From the NCBI GenBank assembly GCA_041662565.1, contig JBAZSE010000001.1, positions 1,084-65,083 of the forward strand: a stretch of DNA of 64,000 nt, given 5' to 3'. This document shows positions 19,932 through 30,218 of this stretch, piece after piece. Position 1 is the first letter of the stretch, and the number at the start of each line of letters is the position of its first letter. The DNA is from Patescibacteria group bacterium (lineage in GTDB: Bacteria > Patescibacteriota > Patescibacteriia > UBA1558 > UBA10009). The notes beneath the pieces are model-generated. The model did not search any database, was not told the DNA's origin, and worked only from the letters and a program-made list of their open reading frames with translations. A program made the translations under genes and the position numbers.

Positions 19932-20967
19932 ACCCGAGCTGAAATGGGATGGGCGTAAAAATGCCGATTTATCCACAAAATTTCCCCTAATTTAAGCAAA
20001 AAATTGTATATTTTTAATGAATGTTAAACCAATTGTCATTAAAATCACAAAAAACCAGCGGATAAATCAATATTAGCCCCATTTTGTTGGGGTTATTGGT
20101 TGGACCGCTTGGATAAAAGCGGTTTTTTGTTTGTCTCTCAGCCAATTTATTGTACAAAAAACATATTTAAAAAAATGAAAGCCGGGGTTTGCGGGCCAGC
20201 AATTGGCCAATAAGCCCTGCCTTTCAAGGGGCAAGAACCTTGACAACTTAATAAGGAAAAAGAGCATCTTTCCTGATATTGAATCCAACCAATTTAATTT
20301 CAGGACTAATAAGTAAGTAATTCTTTTGCAATTTGGTGGTTACAACAAGAGCAAGTGGTGGATGCCTAGACATCAAAAGACGACGAAGGACGTAGCAGCC
20401 TGCGATAAGTCTCGGGGAGGTGGCAAGCAACCTTTGATCCGGGAATGTCCGAATGGGGAAACCCTCTGCCTTTTTAGGCGGAATCACTAACTGAATACAT
20501 AGGTTAGTAGAAGAAGACCTGGGGAATTGAAACATCTTAGTACCCAGAGGAATAAAAAGAAACAATGTTAGTTTTTAGTTTTTCGGTTGCGATTTTATCG
20601 CTGCCGATTAACTAGAAGCTAATTTCGATTCCCTTAGTAGTGGCGAGCGAAAAGGGAACAGCCCAAACCACATCAGTGTTTTTATGGAATGATAGGCCGC
20701 AAGGTTTATTGTGAAGTAATTTAAAGGTACAAGCCGTTGCTGATAGTGGTGTTGTGAGAAGTTGCGTTATGGAACTTGTAATCCATAGACAGAGCACTGT
20801 TTAGTTTCCTAGTAGAATCCGTTGGAAAACGGAGCCAAAGAAGGTGATAGCCCTGTACGCGAAAGGAGTAAGCACTCTGTGGTAATTTATCTCGAGTACC
20901 TCGGGACCCGTGAAATCCCGTGGGAAGCAAGCGCGACTATGCGCTAAGGCTAAATACTTTTGATGAT

Positions 20968-20998
<31 letters not shown>

Positions 20999-22488
20999 TA
21001 AAAGCACCCCGGTGAGGGGAATGAAATAGTATCTGAAACCATTTGCTTACAAAGAGTCAGAGCTCTGTAGAATTTATTTTATGGAGTGATGGCGTTCCTA
21101 TTGAAGAATGAACCAACGAGTGTGTAGATATTGCTAAATCTAATCTCTAAGGAGAGCAGGTGCAGCGAAAGCAAGTCTTAACGGGCGACATTAGTTTATT
21201 AGTTAGTCGAACGCAAGTTCGGCTGACTAATTTACTAAACGGCAGTATTTACACGACCCGAAACCAGGTGAGCTAGCCATGACCAGGGTGAAGCGACCGT
21301 AAAAAGTCGTGGAGGCCCGAACCCACTAGTCGTGTAACGCTAGGGGATGAGTTGTGGCTCGAGGAGAAATTCCAATCGAACTTGGCAATAGCTGGTTCTA
21401 CCCGAAATAGCTTTAGGGCTAGCCTCAAATGTTCCCTAGTGGCGGTAGAGCACTGGATGGGAAAGGGTGGGAAACCTTACCTTTCCTAATCAAACTCCGA
21501 ATGCCATTAGGCTAAAATTTGGGAGTCAGACTATGGGGGCTAAGCTCCATTAGTCAAAAGGGAAACAGCCCAGATCTCTATCTAAGGTCCCTAAATCCAA
21601 GTTAAGTGTGAAAAGTGGTGTTAGTTCTCGGACAACTAGGAGGTTGGCTTAGAAGCAGCCATCCTTTAAAGAAAGCGTAACAGCTCACTAGTCCAGAGCT
21701 TTCGCGCTGAAAATGTAACGGGGCTAAACTTGGTACCGAAGATGAGGGCTTTCTGTATTTATACAGGGAGCGGTAGGGTAGCATTCTATATCCGTTGAAG
21801 GGGCAATGTAAGTTGCGTCTGGAGGATATAGAAGAGAGAATGTTGGTATAAGTAGCAACAAGCTCGGTGAGAATCCGGGCCACCGTAAGCCTAAGGTTTC
21901 CTGGGCAATGAGAATCAACCCAGGGTTAGGCGATCCTAAGGCGAGGCTGAAAGGCGTAGCCGATGGAAGAGCAGGTTAATATTCCTGCCCTGCTATTATT
22001 TTCTGAAGGAGTGACGTTGTTTAGAGCTTTAAGCGCACATATGGTTATGGCGTTGCTCGGTACCGGATTATTCCATAGGCAAATCCGGGAATAGTTAAAT
22101 CTGGGACCGGTCAAAAGATTTTAGATTCGTCTAAGATCAATTTAAGGGGACAAACAACCAAGAAAAACTTCTAGGGCTAAAATAATAGCAACCGTACCAA
22201 AACCAACACAGGTAGGCGAGGCGAGTAGCCTCAGGTGTACGAGAGAACCCTCGTTAAGGAATTCGGCAAAACAGCGGTCGTAAGTTCGCAATAAGACCCT
22301 CCCACGAAACGCAAGTTTCTGTGGGACGCAGCAAAAGACTCCAAGCAACTGTTTACCAAAAACACAGGTCCCTGCTCAAACCGTAAGGTGAGGTATAGGG
22401 GCTGACGCCTGGCCAGTGTCAGAACGTTAAGGTGAGGGGTGCAAGCTCCGAGCTGAAGCGCTGATGAACGCCGGCGATAACTATAATC

Positions 22489-22520
<32 letters not shown>

Positions 22521-23059
22521 ATTCCGACCTGCACGAATGGCGTAATGATTTGGAGACTGTCTCAACGAGGGACTCGGCGAAATTGCAAGATGAGTAAAGA
22601 TGCTCATTACCCGTAGCTGGACGAAAAGACCCCATGAAGCTTTACTATAACTTGGTATTGGCTTAAGGATATTAGTGTTCAGAATAGGTGGGAGACTTTG
22701 AAGCCCCGACGTTAGTCGGGGTGGAGTCGAAATGTGAGATACCACCCTTTAATGTTTTTAAGTCTAACCCTACTCCTTGAATCAGGAGAGGGGACAGTAT
22801 CTGGTGGGTAGTTTAACTGGGGCGGTTGCCTCCTAAAATGTAACGGAGGCGTTTACAAAGGTTGGCTAGCTCCCGATGGAAACGGGAGTCGTCGTGCAAA
22901 CGCATAAGCCAGCTTTACTGCAAGGGCTACAACCCGAGCAGTTGCGAAAGCAGAAGTTAGTGATCCGACCGTTCGATATAGGACGGCGGAAGCTCAACGG
23001 ATAAAAGTTACTCTGGGGATAACAGGCTGATCGCATCCAAGCGTCCACAGCGACGATGC

Positions 23060-23100
<41 letters not shown>

Positions 23101-23131
23101 AAGAAGCTCCCAAGGGTTTGGCTGTTCGCCA

Positions 23132-23175
<44 letters not shown>

Positions 23176-23974
23176 AGAATTTTATCTTTTCGTCCATAAA
23201 TTTGTCTAATCTTAGACAAAAAGACCTTGCTGTCTATAAATTTGGCTATATGCTGGAAACTCTGGCAAATCCTCAACTATCAGGAGAATAGAGGATTGAA
23301 GAATCTCACACTACTTGTTATAATAATTATATAGCAAGTAAAAAAGTGTTGAGTGCAGACAATCAGCAGGGAAGGTCTATAAATGCAAGTTATGCTTAGC
23401 GGATTATATTTGCGGGTTTGTTGATGGGGAAGGAAGTTTTCATGTGGCGATCTATAAAGATCAAGCCATGAAATACGGAATAAAAATTATTCCGGAATTC
23501 CATGTTAGTCAACGAATCAGCAGTAAAAACGTGCTTGAGGAATTAAAAAGTTATTTTAACTGCGGTTACATTAAAGCTAACCACGCAGGCAAAATAACCG
23601 ACCAAACAATGGTTTACGTAGTTCGTAATCGTCAAGATTTACTGACTAAAATAATTCCTTTCTTTAAAAGTTTTCCTTTGCAAACTGAAAAAGGAAAATC
23701 TTTCATTATCTTTGCCAAAATTGTAAATATGCTGGCTAATGATAAGCATGCAAATAAATCCGGAATCAAGCAAATTCTAAAGTCGGCTTATTCTATGAAT
23801 AGAAATGGCCGTTATAGAAGAAAAATTATTGCTTTATAGAAACCCTCAGAGACTTTACGCCAAACCCCGGATTTTTTCGGGGAAGATATAGTCCGAACTC
23901 TATGGCGACATAGAGAATTCTAATGAAAGTTAGAATCTAATAAACTTGTTAAAAAGTTTATTTGTAACATATTG
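23176..23974 (+). mobile_element. Group I intron inserted in 23S rRNA at the I-CreI-homologous site (E. coli ~2593, ...GAGACAGT^TCGG...). It carries a homing-endonuclease ORF.
   Basis: The exon junction was reconstructed by comparison with the conserved 23S domain V sequence. The 5' exon ends in U and the intron ends in G. Confidence 0.75.
23342..23839 (+). CDS. Intron-encoded single-motif LAGLIDADG homing endonuclease (I-CreI-like, ~165 aa). There is no canonical ATG. The motif 'LADYICGFVDGEGSFHV' lies upstream of the ORF-track GTG start at 23444.
   Basis: A LAGLIDADG motif is read in-frame at 23393-23443. The ORF is open from 23342. Confidence 0.7.
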   Translation, partial: KSVECRQSAGKVYKCKLCLADYICGFVDGEGSFHVAIYKDQAMKYGIKIIPEFHVSQRISSKNVLEELKSYFNCGYIKANHAGKITDQTMVYVVRNRQDLLTKIIPFFKSFPLQTEKGKSFIIFAKIVNMLANDKHANKSGIKQILKSAYSMNRNGRYRRKIIAL

Positions 23975-24557
23975 TCGGTCTCCTATCCGCTACGGGCACA
24001 TTGAATCTTGAGTAGTCCCTTCCCTAGTACGAGAGGACCGGGAAGGACGAACCTCTAGTGGGCCGGTTGTCACACCAGTGGCATTGCCGGGTAGCTACGT
24101 TCGGTTTGGATAAACGCTGAAAGCATCTAAGCGTGAAGCTGTCTACAAGATTAGGATTCGTATTTACAAGACCCCTGCGAGATTAGCAGGTTGATAGGCC
24201 GTAGGTGTAAGGCCAGCAATGGCTTTAGCCGAGCGGTACTAATCGGTCGAGTAACCACCAATTTATAAAAGAATTATTTTGAGTTTGGTTGAATTATCTT
24301 CGCCTTTGCTCAATGTGATTGCTCTTTTTCCTTAAAAGTTGTACAATTCTTTTAATATATGATTACATATAAGCTCCTCGGTTCGGAAGTGAAAAAATAT
24401 TTTTTTTCACTTCTCTCACTCTACGTCGCTTATGATGAAAGAATTAAAAGGCAGTATTAATTTAGTTTTGGTATTTTTAGTTGTAGTTGGTTTGATTGTT
24501 CTGATTTTTTTGTTAGCTCCGGATAGCATGCAGTTATAAAATAAAAGGTGGTAAAAC

Positions 24558-24673
<116 letters not shown>

Positions 24674-24857
24674 TTTTACCACTTTTTTTGTTGCCAAAAA
24701 ACCAGTCTTGACACCGGCTGATATTATTGTTAAGGTTTGATATAGTTCAAATTAAGTTCTTTAAAAACATCAAGGAATAAAGGGTTTTAAATCAGAAAGG
24801 ATATTCTGATTCAGGGCTTTTTGTTACTTTAAATCACATAACCATTGAGGTTTACCA

Positions 24858-25973
24858 ATGACGGTGGTCTCTTTTCCAGAAAAAGTCAAGCCCAAAGTGG
24901 GCGAGATTATTGATGTTCCCGGGTTGGGTCTGATGCAGGTTATAAAAACCTACGGCGAAGGATCTTTTTGCCGCGATGTTCTTCTGGGCGAGAAAATGGA
25001 CATCTCCAAGGCATGGTTGATGGTCAAGAATTTCGAAACCCAGGATCATCAAAATGTAAGTTCGGCTGAAGAAGCAAACTTCATCCAAGCAGGCATTTTG
25101 CATTATCGTCAGCGGATGATCCATGCTCAGGTCTCCGTTGTGGTTGGTATCGGTTTCAACAGCTACACCAATGGTGGCAAAACCCAGCTCTTGCAATATG
25201 AGGCCTATGCGGGTGAGACGGGTTCGGATTTGCTCTGGCAGTTGTCGGACGAAGGGGCGGAAGCTTTGATAATCGCGATCTATCGGCAAATCATCCAGCC
25301 GGTTTTTGATCATTGCTCTGACCCCCTGCACGATGGCTGGCTACTGGACGGTTTGGATGCCAAAATCCGCAATGTTGCAGTTACTGGAGACATGAGAGCT
25401 GGCTTCAAGTGCACCTACGTGGATCTTTTCAGTTGGAAAACTTCGTCCATGACTCCTTCTGGGAGGGTTTACTCTCTTGAATATCCTGAGCCCACTGATG
25501 TGCTGGCAATTGAACTCGGGAAAATCAGGAGCTACTACAAGCCCGGCATCATGATGGATTTTTGGATGTCTCTAGTTAGGGTTAAGCCAGAAAAGGCGGA
25601 TCTTTACTATCAAGTGATGAGTAAACTTGCTCAAGAGGCAAATTCTACTCATAGTTTGATGGAAAAGGTTAGGGAGTACGTCCAGGGTAATAACCTAAGT
25701 GTAGGCAGGTTGGCTCTACATCAAGTCAAAAAACTGATCGCTGATTGGGGTCCGAAGGACGCCTTCAAGATCCGTTTGTTTGCCTGCGCCTTGGCCTTCC
25801 ATCGTAGTACAGCAAGGGCTTTACTACCTAAGGTATTTGGAACTACCCACTTTCAGGAGGGTCCACCCACCAGAATTGAAGAAGCCAAGGAGTTGCTTCT
25901 GCAGATGTGCGCTTGCCCCATTACTTCAAAGAGGGAGCGCTCGAGAGTCAAATCCTCAACAGCCAATGTTTAA
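24858..25973 (+). CDS. Hypothetical 371-aa protein in GC-rich island 1. It has possible protein-kinase-like-fold motifs ('HDGWLLDGLDAKIRN' resembling a D-x4-N catalytic loop, and 'VDLFSW' resembling DFG).
   Basis: Long ORF. Its GC content is clearly higher than the flanks. The motif assignment is weak. Confidence 0.35.
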   Translation: MTVVSFPEKVKPKVGEIIDVPGLGLMQVIKTYGEGSFCRDVLLGEKMDISKAWLMVKNFETQDHQNVSSAEEANFIQAGILHYRQRMIHAQVSVVVGIGFNSYTNGGKTQLLQYEAYAGETGSDLLWQLSDEGAEALIIAIYRQIIQPVFDHCSDPLHDGWLLDGLDAKIRNVAVTGDMRAGFKCTYVDLFSWKTSSMTPSGRVYSLEYPEPTDVLAIELGKIRSYYKPGIMMDFWMSLVRVKPEKADLYYQVMSKLAQEANSTHSLMEKVREYVQGNNLSVGRLALHQVKKLIADWGPKDAFKIRLFACALAFHRSTARALLPKVFGTTHFQEGPPTRIEEAKELLLQMCACPITSKRERSRVKSSTANV

Positions 25974-26092
25974 TTGGCAATTTCGTGCCTTTTGGCAACC
26001 CGGTCACTCATCTGTAGTGGCCGGTCTTTTTTACAAAAAAACCGTCCTGATTCGCAAAGCAAGATCGAGACGGTTTGGAAAAGTTAATTAGT

Positions 26093-27235
26093 TTAGCGGT
26101 TTATTTTATCAATTAATTTTTGATAGGGTTGATCAATAAATTTAATGTGGCCGATCATGGAGTTAAGATAAGCAAAATATTTTGGAGTTGGCAGCATTTT
26201 TTTGGCATTAAAATAAGAGCTATTCATTTTTTTGGTAACATCAGCAAAAAGTTTTAAATCCATAACTTTAACACCAAATTTATTTTTTTGATAATCAACC
26301 ACGCAAGCTTTGCCAAAATTATTTTTGGCTATTAAGCTAACGCCCGCCTGCCCTAGTTTTATGCCCATTTGCCAATCTAAGGGTAATGGCTCGCCACTTT
26401 GAAAATAGTTTAAAGGCAGGATAATTTTTGTAGTTAGACCTAATTTGTTTTCAATTTTTTCTTTTAACTTAATGCTTAAAAACTCTTGCCTAATATTGCC
26501 AAAACCATCGAATTGAGTGTCTAAAATTCCTTTTAATCCTTTAATGTGGGCGTCTTTGGATAAGGCAATAACACAATAGTTGCCATTGGCTTCGTATTTT
26601 TGTTTTACCAACTTAATTATATCGGCCAAATCAAATTGCCATTCGGGCGGGATAACTATATCGGCCCCTCCTAAAGCGGTGCTGCAAGTTAGCCAACCGG
26701 CATCAGCGCCATACATTTCAATAATATAAACTCTGCTCAAAGCATAAGCCGAATCTTCTTTGGTCTCGGCGGTAAGTTTTGCCGCGTAATAGGCGGCTGT
26801 AGGAAAGCCCGGAGAAAAATAAGTAATTGGCAAATCATTATCAACTGTTTTGGGTAAGCCGATAATAGGAATATTTTCTTGCAAAAACAATTTAGCGGCT
26901 GCTCCTAAAGTATCGTTGCCACCAATAGCCACAATGCCATCAATTTTGTATTTCGCAATTTTTTCTTTAAGATTAAAAATTCCACCCGGCACTTTAAGAG
27001 GATTTGTTCTGGAAGAGCGTAAAAAATTACCACCACGGTTTTTAATGGCTTCAATGTTAAGTTTTGTTAAATCAACAATAGGAGCGTGTTGTACCAAAGA
27101 AGCCCAACCATGCAGGCCGCCTAATATTTTATAGTTTAGCTTGCGGGCTTGCTTAATGGCTCCGTATAAAGTGGCATTTAGCGCCGAGGCCAAACCGCCG
27201 CTGGTTAATAAAAGAATGGTTTTTTTATTTTTCAC
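26093..27235 (-). CDS. pfkA: 6-phosphofructokinase (PfkA family, possibly PPi-dependent).
   Basis: It has 'LLTSGGLASALNATLYG', 'AIGGNDTLGAAAKL' and 'GLPKTVDNDL'. Confidence 0.8.
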   Translation of the reverse strand: MKNKKTILLLTSGGLASALNATLYGAIKQARKLNYKILGGLHGWASLVQHAPIVDLTKLNIEAIKNRGGNFLRSSRTNPLKVPGGIFNLKEKIAKYKIDGIVAIGGNDTLGAAAKLFLQENIPIIGLPKTVDNDLPITYFSPGFPTAAYYAAKLTAETKEDSAYALSRVYIIEMYGADAGWLTCSTALGGADIVIPPEWQFDLADIIKLVKQKYEANGNYCVIALSKDAHIKGLKGILDTQFDGFGNIRQEFLSIKLKEKIENKLGLTTKIILPLNYFQSGEPLPLDWQMGIKLGQAGVSLIAKNNFGKACVVDYQKNKFGVKVMDLKLFADVTKKMNSSYFNAKKMLPTPKYFAYLNSMIGHIKFIDQPYQKLIDKINR

Positions 27236-27384
27236 AAAGTAAATGTAATCATATAATATAGGATATTGTATGATTAATTGGTCAATAAGTCAACTTTAAT
27301 AATATAACTAGACATTTGAAATATAAATATTTATCTAATATTAGCCAAAATGTTAAGTTATCCACAAAAAGTGTAGAAAAAAAA

Positions 27385-27412
27385 TTGACAAATTAATTCT
27401 TTAGAGTAGAAT
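27385..27412 (+). promoter_or_regulatory. Sigma70-like promoter (TTGACA, 16-nt spacer, TAGAAT) upstream of the TrmB-like gene. A DnaA-box 9-mer TTATCCACA lies at 27358-27366.
   Basis: Hexamers read directly. Confidence 0.45.
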
Positions 27413-27432
27413 AGATTTATATTCAAAAAAGT

Positions 27433-28173
27433 ATGGAAATTAACCCCATTTTAAAACAATTAGGCCTATCGGATAAAGAAATCTTGGTCTATCTGGCTTT
27501 GCTTTCATCCGGCCCTGCTTCGGTTAGGTCTTTGGCTAAAGTTAGCGGCATTAACCGCGGTACAACTTATGATATTTTAAAGTCCTTAAAAGATAGCGGC
27601 TTGGTTAGTTATTATCATAAGGCCACCAAGCAGTTTTTTGTAGCCGAAGATCCTTCGGCCTTAAATAAGGCGCTGGAACAAAGAATGGATAAGTTGCAGG
27701 AAGTAAAGAAAAATTTAAGCCAAGTGATCCCCGAGCTTAAATCCTTGTTTGATTCATCCGGCGATAAGCCGGTAGTAAAATATTACGAAGGTTTGGGTGG
27801 CGTAAAAACGGTATTAGCCGATGTTTTGGAAACCACAGCCAGCGCGCCGGAAAAACTTTATTATGTTTTTTCTTCCGCCGCCATTAGGGATTATGTTTAT
27901 CGAGCTTGGCCAGCGTTTACCAAAGAGAGGATTAAAAAAAATATCCAAGTTAAGGTAATTGCCTTGGGGCACAAAGGAACGTTGGCCGCACTTTCGGAAA
28001 AAAAATCTTTAAATACCGATAAAAGTTCGCCGACTTACATCTTAATTTATCCCGGCAAAGTTGCAATGGTTTCGGTTAATAATACCAAACAGCCCTTGGG
28101 CTTGATTATTGAAGATGAAGCGTTATATCAAACTCAATTGCAGTTGTTTAATTTTATCTGGAATATTTTGTAA
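27433..28173 (+). CDS. TrmB-family winged-helix transcriptional regulator.
   Basis: N-terminal HTH 'LGLSDKEILVYLALLSSGPASVRSLAKVSGINRGTTYDILKSLKDSGLVS'. The ~250-aa size is typical of TrmB. Confidence 0.5.
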   Translation: MEINPILKQLGLSDKEILVYLALLSSGPASVRSLAKVSGINRGTTYDILKSLKDSGLVSYYHKATKQFFVAEDPSALNKALEQRMDKLQEVKKNLSQVIPELKSLFDSSGDKPVVKYYEGLGGVKTVLADVLETTASAPEKLYYVFSSAAIRDYVYRAWPAFTKERIKKNIQVKVIALGHKGTLAALSEKKSLNTDKSSPTYILIYPGKVAMVSVNNTKQPLGLIIEDEALYQTQLQLFNFIWNIL

Positions 28174-28192
28174 ATAATTTATCCTTAAACTT

Positions 28193-30025
28193 ATGTGTGG
28201 AATTATCGGTTACTTGGGTAAGCAAAATAGTTTGCCTATTATCATGGAGGGTTTGCAAAGAATGGAATACCGCGGCTATGATAGCGCCGGCATTGCTTTA
28301 ATTGCCAAGGGTGATTTAAAAGTCATAAAAAAACAAGGCAAGCTTGGCAATTTAAAAGATTTGCTTCATGGCCAAGAATTTTTTTCTAACCTGGGTTTGG
28401 GTCATATCAGGTGGGCCACTCATGGCGTACCAAATGATATTAATTCCCATCCCCATCTTGATTGCCAAGGAAAAATTGCCATTGTTCATAACGGCATAAT
28501 AGAAAATATGGCCGAGCTTAAAGCCGAACTGATAGCTGAGGGGCATGTTTTAAAAAGCCAAACAGATAGCGAACTTTTTGCCCACTTGATAGAAAAATAT
28601 TATACAGCCGGAAATTTATCAGAAGCCGTTAAACAGGCCTTAAGTAGGGTTAGGGGTGCTTACGGTTTGGCCGTTTTATCATCTCAAGATCCGGATAAAA
28701 TAATTGCCGCTCGGTTGGGCAGCCCTTTGGTGTTGGGTATTTTACCGGAAGGCGGTTATTTAGTAGCTTCGGATGTTACAGCTATGCTGCCGTTTACCAA
28801 AGAAGTGGTTTATTTAAATGACGGCGAAGTTGTTGAGGTTACGGCGGAAAATTATTCTATCAGTAAGGAAGGCGAAATTTTAAGCCAAAGGCCCAGCCAA
28901 AAGGTTGATTGGGATTTAACATCAGCGGAAAAAGAGGGTTATGAGCATTTTATGCTTAAAGAAATTATGGAAGGCCCTAAAGTCATTATGGATTCCTTGC
29001 GCGGCCGGGTAATGTTGGAGGAAAGTAATGTTAAGCTGGGCGGTTTGATTGATGTATTGCCTAAACTGGCTTTAGCTAAAAGAATTATTTTTGTGGCTTG
29101 CGGCACGGCTCATTATGCTTGCCGTTTGGGCGAATATTTAATTGAAAGCCAAACAGGTTTGCCGGTGGAAGTGGAGTATGCCTCGGAATTTAGATACAGT
29201 GAGGCCGTTTTAGAGCCCGGTACTATTGTTATTGCCATTAGCCAATCGGGCGAAACGGCTGATACGCTAGCAGCCATCAAACAAGCAAAAAAACTTGGCG
29301 CTTTAACTTTAGCCATTGTTAATGTGGTTGGTTCCAGTGTGGCTCGTGAAACAAGCGCCGGTGTTTACAACCATATTGGCCCGGAAATTTCCGTGGCCTC
29401 CACCAAGGCCTTTATTTCCCAGCTAGTTATTTTAGTTTTGTTAACGGTGCTCCTGGGGCGCCAACGCCAGATGCTGCCCGAAAAAGCCAAAGAAATTTTA
29501 AATGAGTTATTGGCTTTGCCGGAAAAAATTAAATTTATTTTAAGCCAAAAAGAACAAATTGAAAACATAGCGAAAAAATACGCTTCATCTCCTAATTTTA
29601 TTTTTATCGGCCGTAAGTGCAACTACCCCATTGCTTTGGAAGGCGCTTTAAAATTAAAGGAGGTTTCTTATATTCATGCTGAAGGCTATCCGGCCGGTGA
29701 ACTAAAGCATGGCCCGTTGGCGTTAATAGATAGCACCTGGCCAATAGTGGCTATTGTGCCGCAGGATAGCGTTTATGAAAAAACTTTAAGCAATTTGGAA
29801 GAAGTTAAGGCCAGGCAGGGACAAATTATTGCTATTGCCACGGCAGGTGATGAGCTGGTTAAGCAGGCGGCCACCGAAGTAATTTACGTGCCTAAAACTT
29901 TGGAAATTCTATCGCCTATATTAAATGTTGTGCCTTTACAACTTTTGGCATATTATATAGCTAGGGAGAGGGGTTGCCCTATTGATCAGCCGCGTAATTT
30001 AGCTAAGAGTGTAACTGTGGAATAG
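28193..30025 (+). CDS. glmS: Glutamine--fructose-6-phosphate aminotransferase.
   Basis: It starts 'MCGIIGY'. It has an N-terminal Ntn amidotransferase domain and two SIS domains, and is 610 aa long. Confidence 0.92.
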   Translation: MCGIIGYLGKQNSLPIIMEGLQRMEYRGYDSAGIALIAKGDLKVIKKQGKLGNLKDLLHGQEFFSNLGLGHIRWATHGVPNDINSHPHLDCQGKIAIVHNGIIENMAELKAELIAEGHVLKSQTDSELFAHLIEKYYTAGNLSEAVKQALSRVRGAYGLAVLSSQDPDKIIAARLGSPLVLGILPEGGYLVASDVTAMLPFTKEVVYLNDGEVVEVTAENYSISKEGEILSQRPSQKVDWDLTSAEKEGYEHFMLKEIMEGPKVIMDSLRGRVMLEESNVKLGGLIDVLPKLALAKRIIFVACGTAHYACRLGEYLIESQTGLPVEVEYASEFRYSEAVLEPGTIVIAISQSGETADTLAAIKQAKKLGALTLAIVNVVGSSVARETSAGVYNHIGPEISVASTKAFISQLVILVLLTVLLGRQRQMLPEKAKEILNELLALPEKIKFILSQKEQIENIAKKYASSPNFIFIGRKCNYPIALEGALKLKEVSYIHAEGYPAGELKHGPLALIDSTWPIVAIVPQDSVYEKTLSNLEEVKARQGQIIAIATAGDELVKQAATEVIYVPKTLEILSPILNVVPLQLLAYYIARERGCPIDQPRNLAKSVTVE

Positions 30026-30043
30026 TTATGAATCGGCTAAGGG

Positions 30044-30151
30044 ATATTTTGATTTCACGAGGATCTGTTTGAGTCTAGCTCCGCCTTGACCGTAGGGCAA
30101 GCGGAGCTGACGAGTTATGCGAGTGAAAGAAAAATATCCCTTAGACGATGA
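30044..30151 (+). repeat. Structured ~108-nt palindromic element downstream of glmS. The outer 14-bp stem is ctaagggatatttt/aaaatatcccttag. The inner stems are tttcac/gtgaaa and ctccgc/gcggag.
   Basis: Nested inverted repeats read directly. A second hairpin cctaaagc...gctttagg lies at 30176-30203. Confidence 0.5.
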
Positions 30152-30218
30152 AATTAATTCAATAATTAAATTAATCCCTAAAGCAGAGCTTTGCTCGCTT
30201 TAGGGTAAACAAAAAAAT

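Noticed and set aside
25780-26091. 103-aa ORF overlapping the end of the island-1 gene.
   Set aside because: It overlaps the longer gene in another frame and runs through its terminator hairpin. It is likely spurious.
28174-28192. Looked for a glmS ribozyme upstream of glmS.
   Set aside because: The 5' UTR is only ~19 nt. There is no room for the ~150-nt ribozyme.
30100-30140. CUGACGAG...GAAA string resembling a hammerhead ribozyme core inside the element downstream of glmS.
   Set aside because: No stem II hairpin can be formed between the CUGACGAG and GAAA segments. The three-helix hammerhead geometry is not satisfied.
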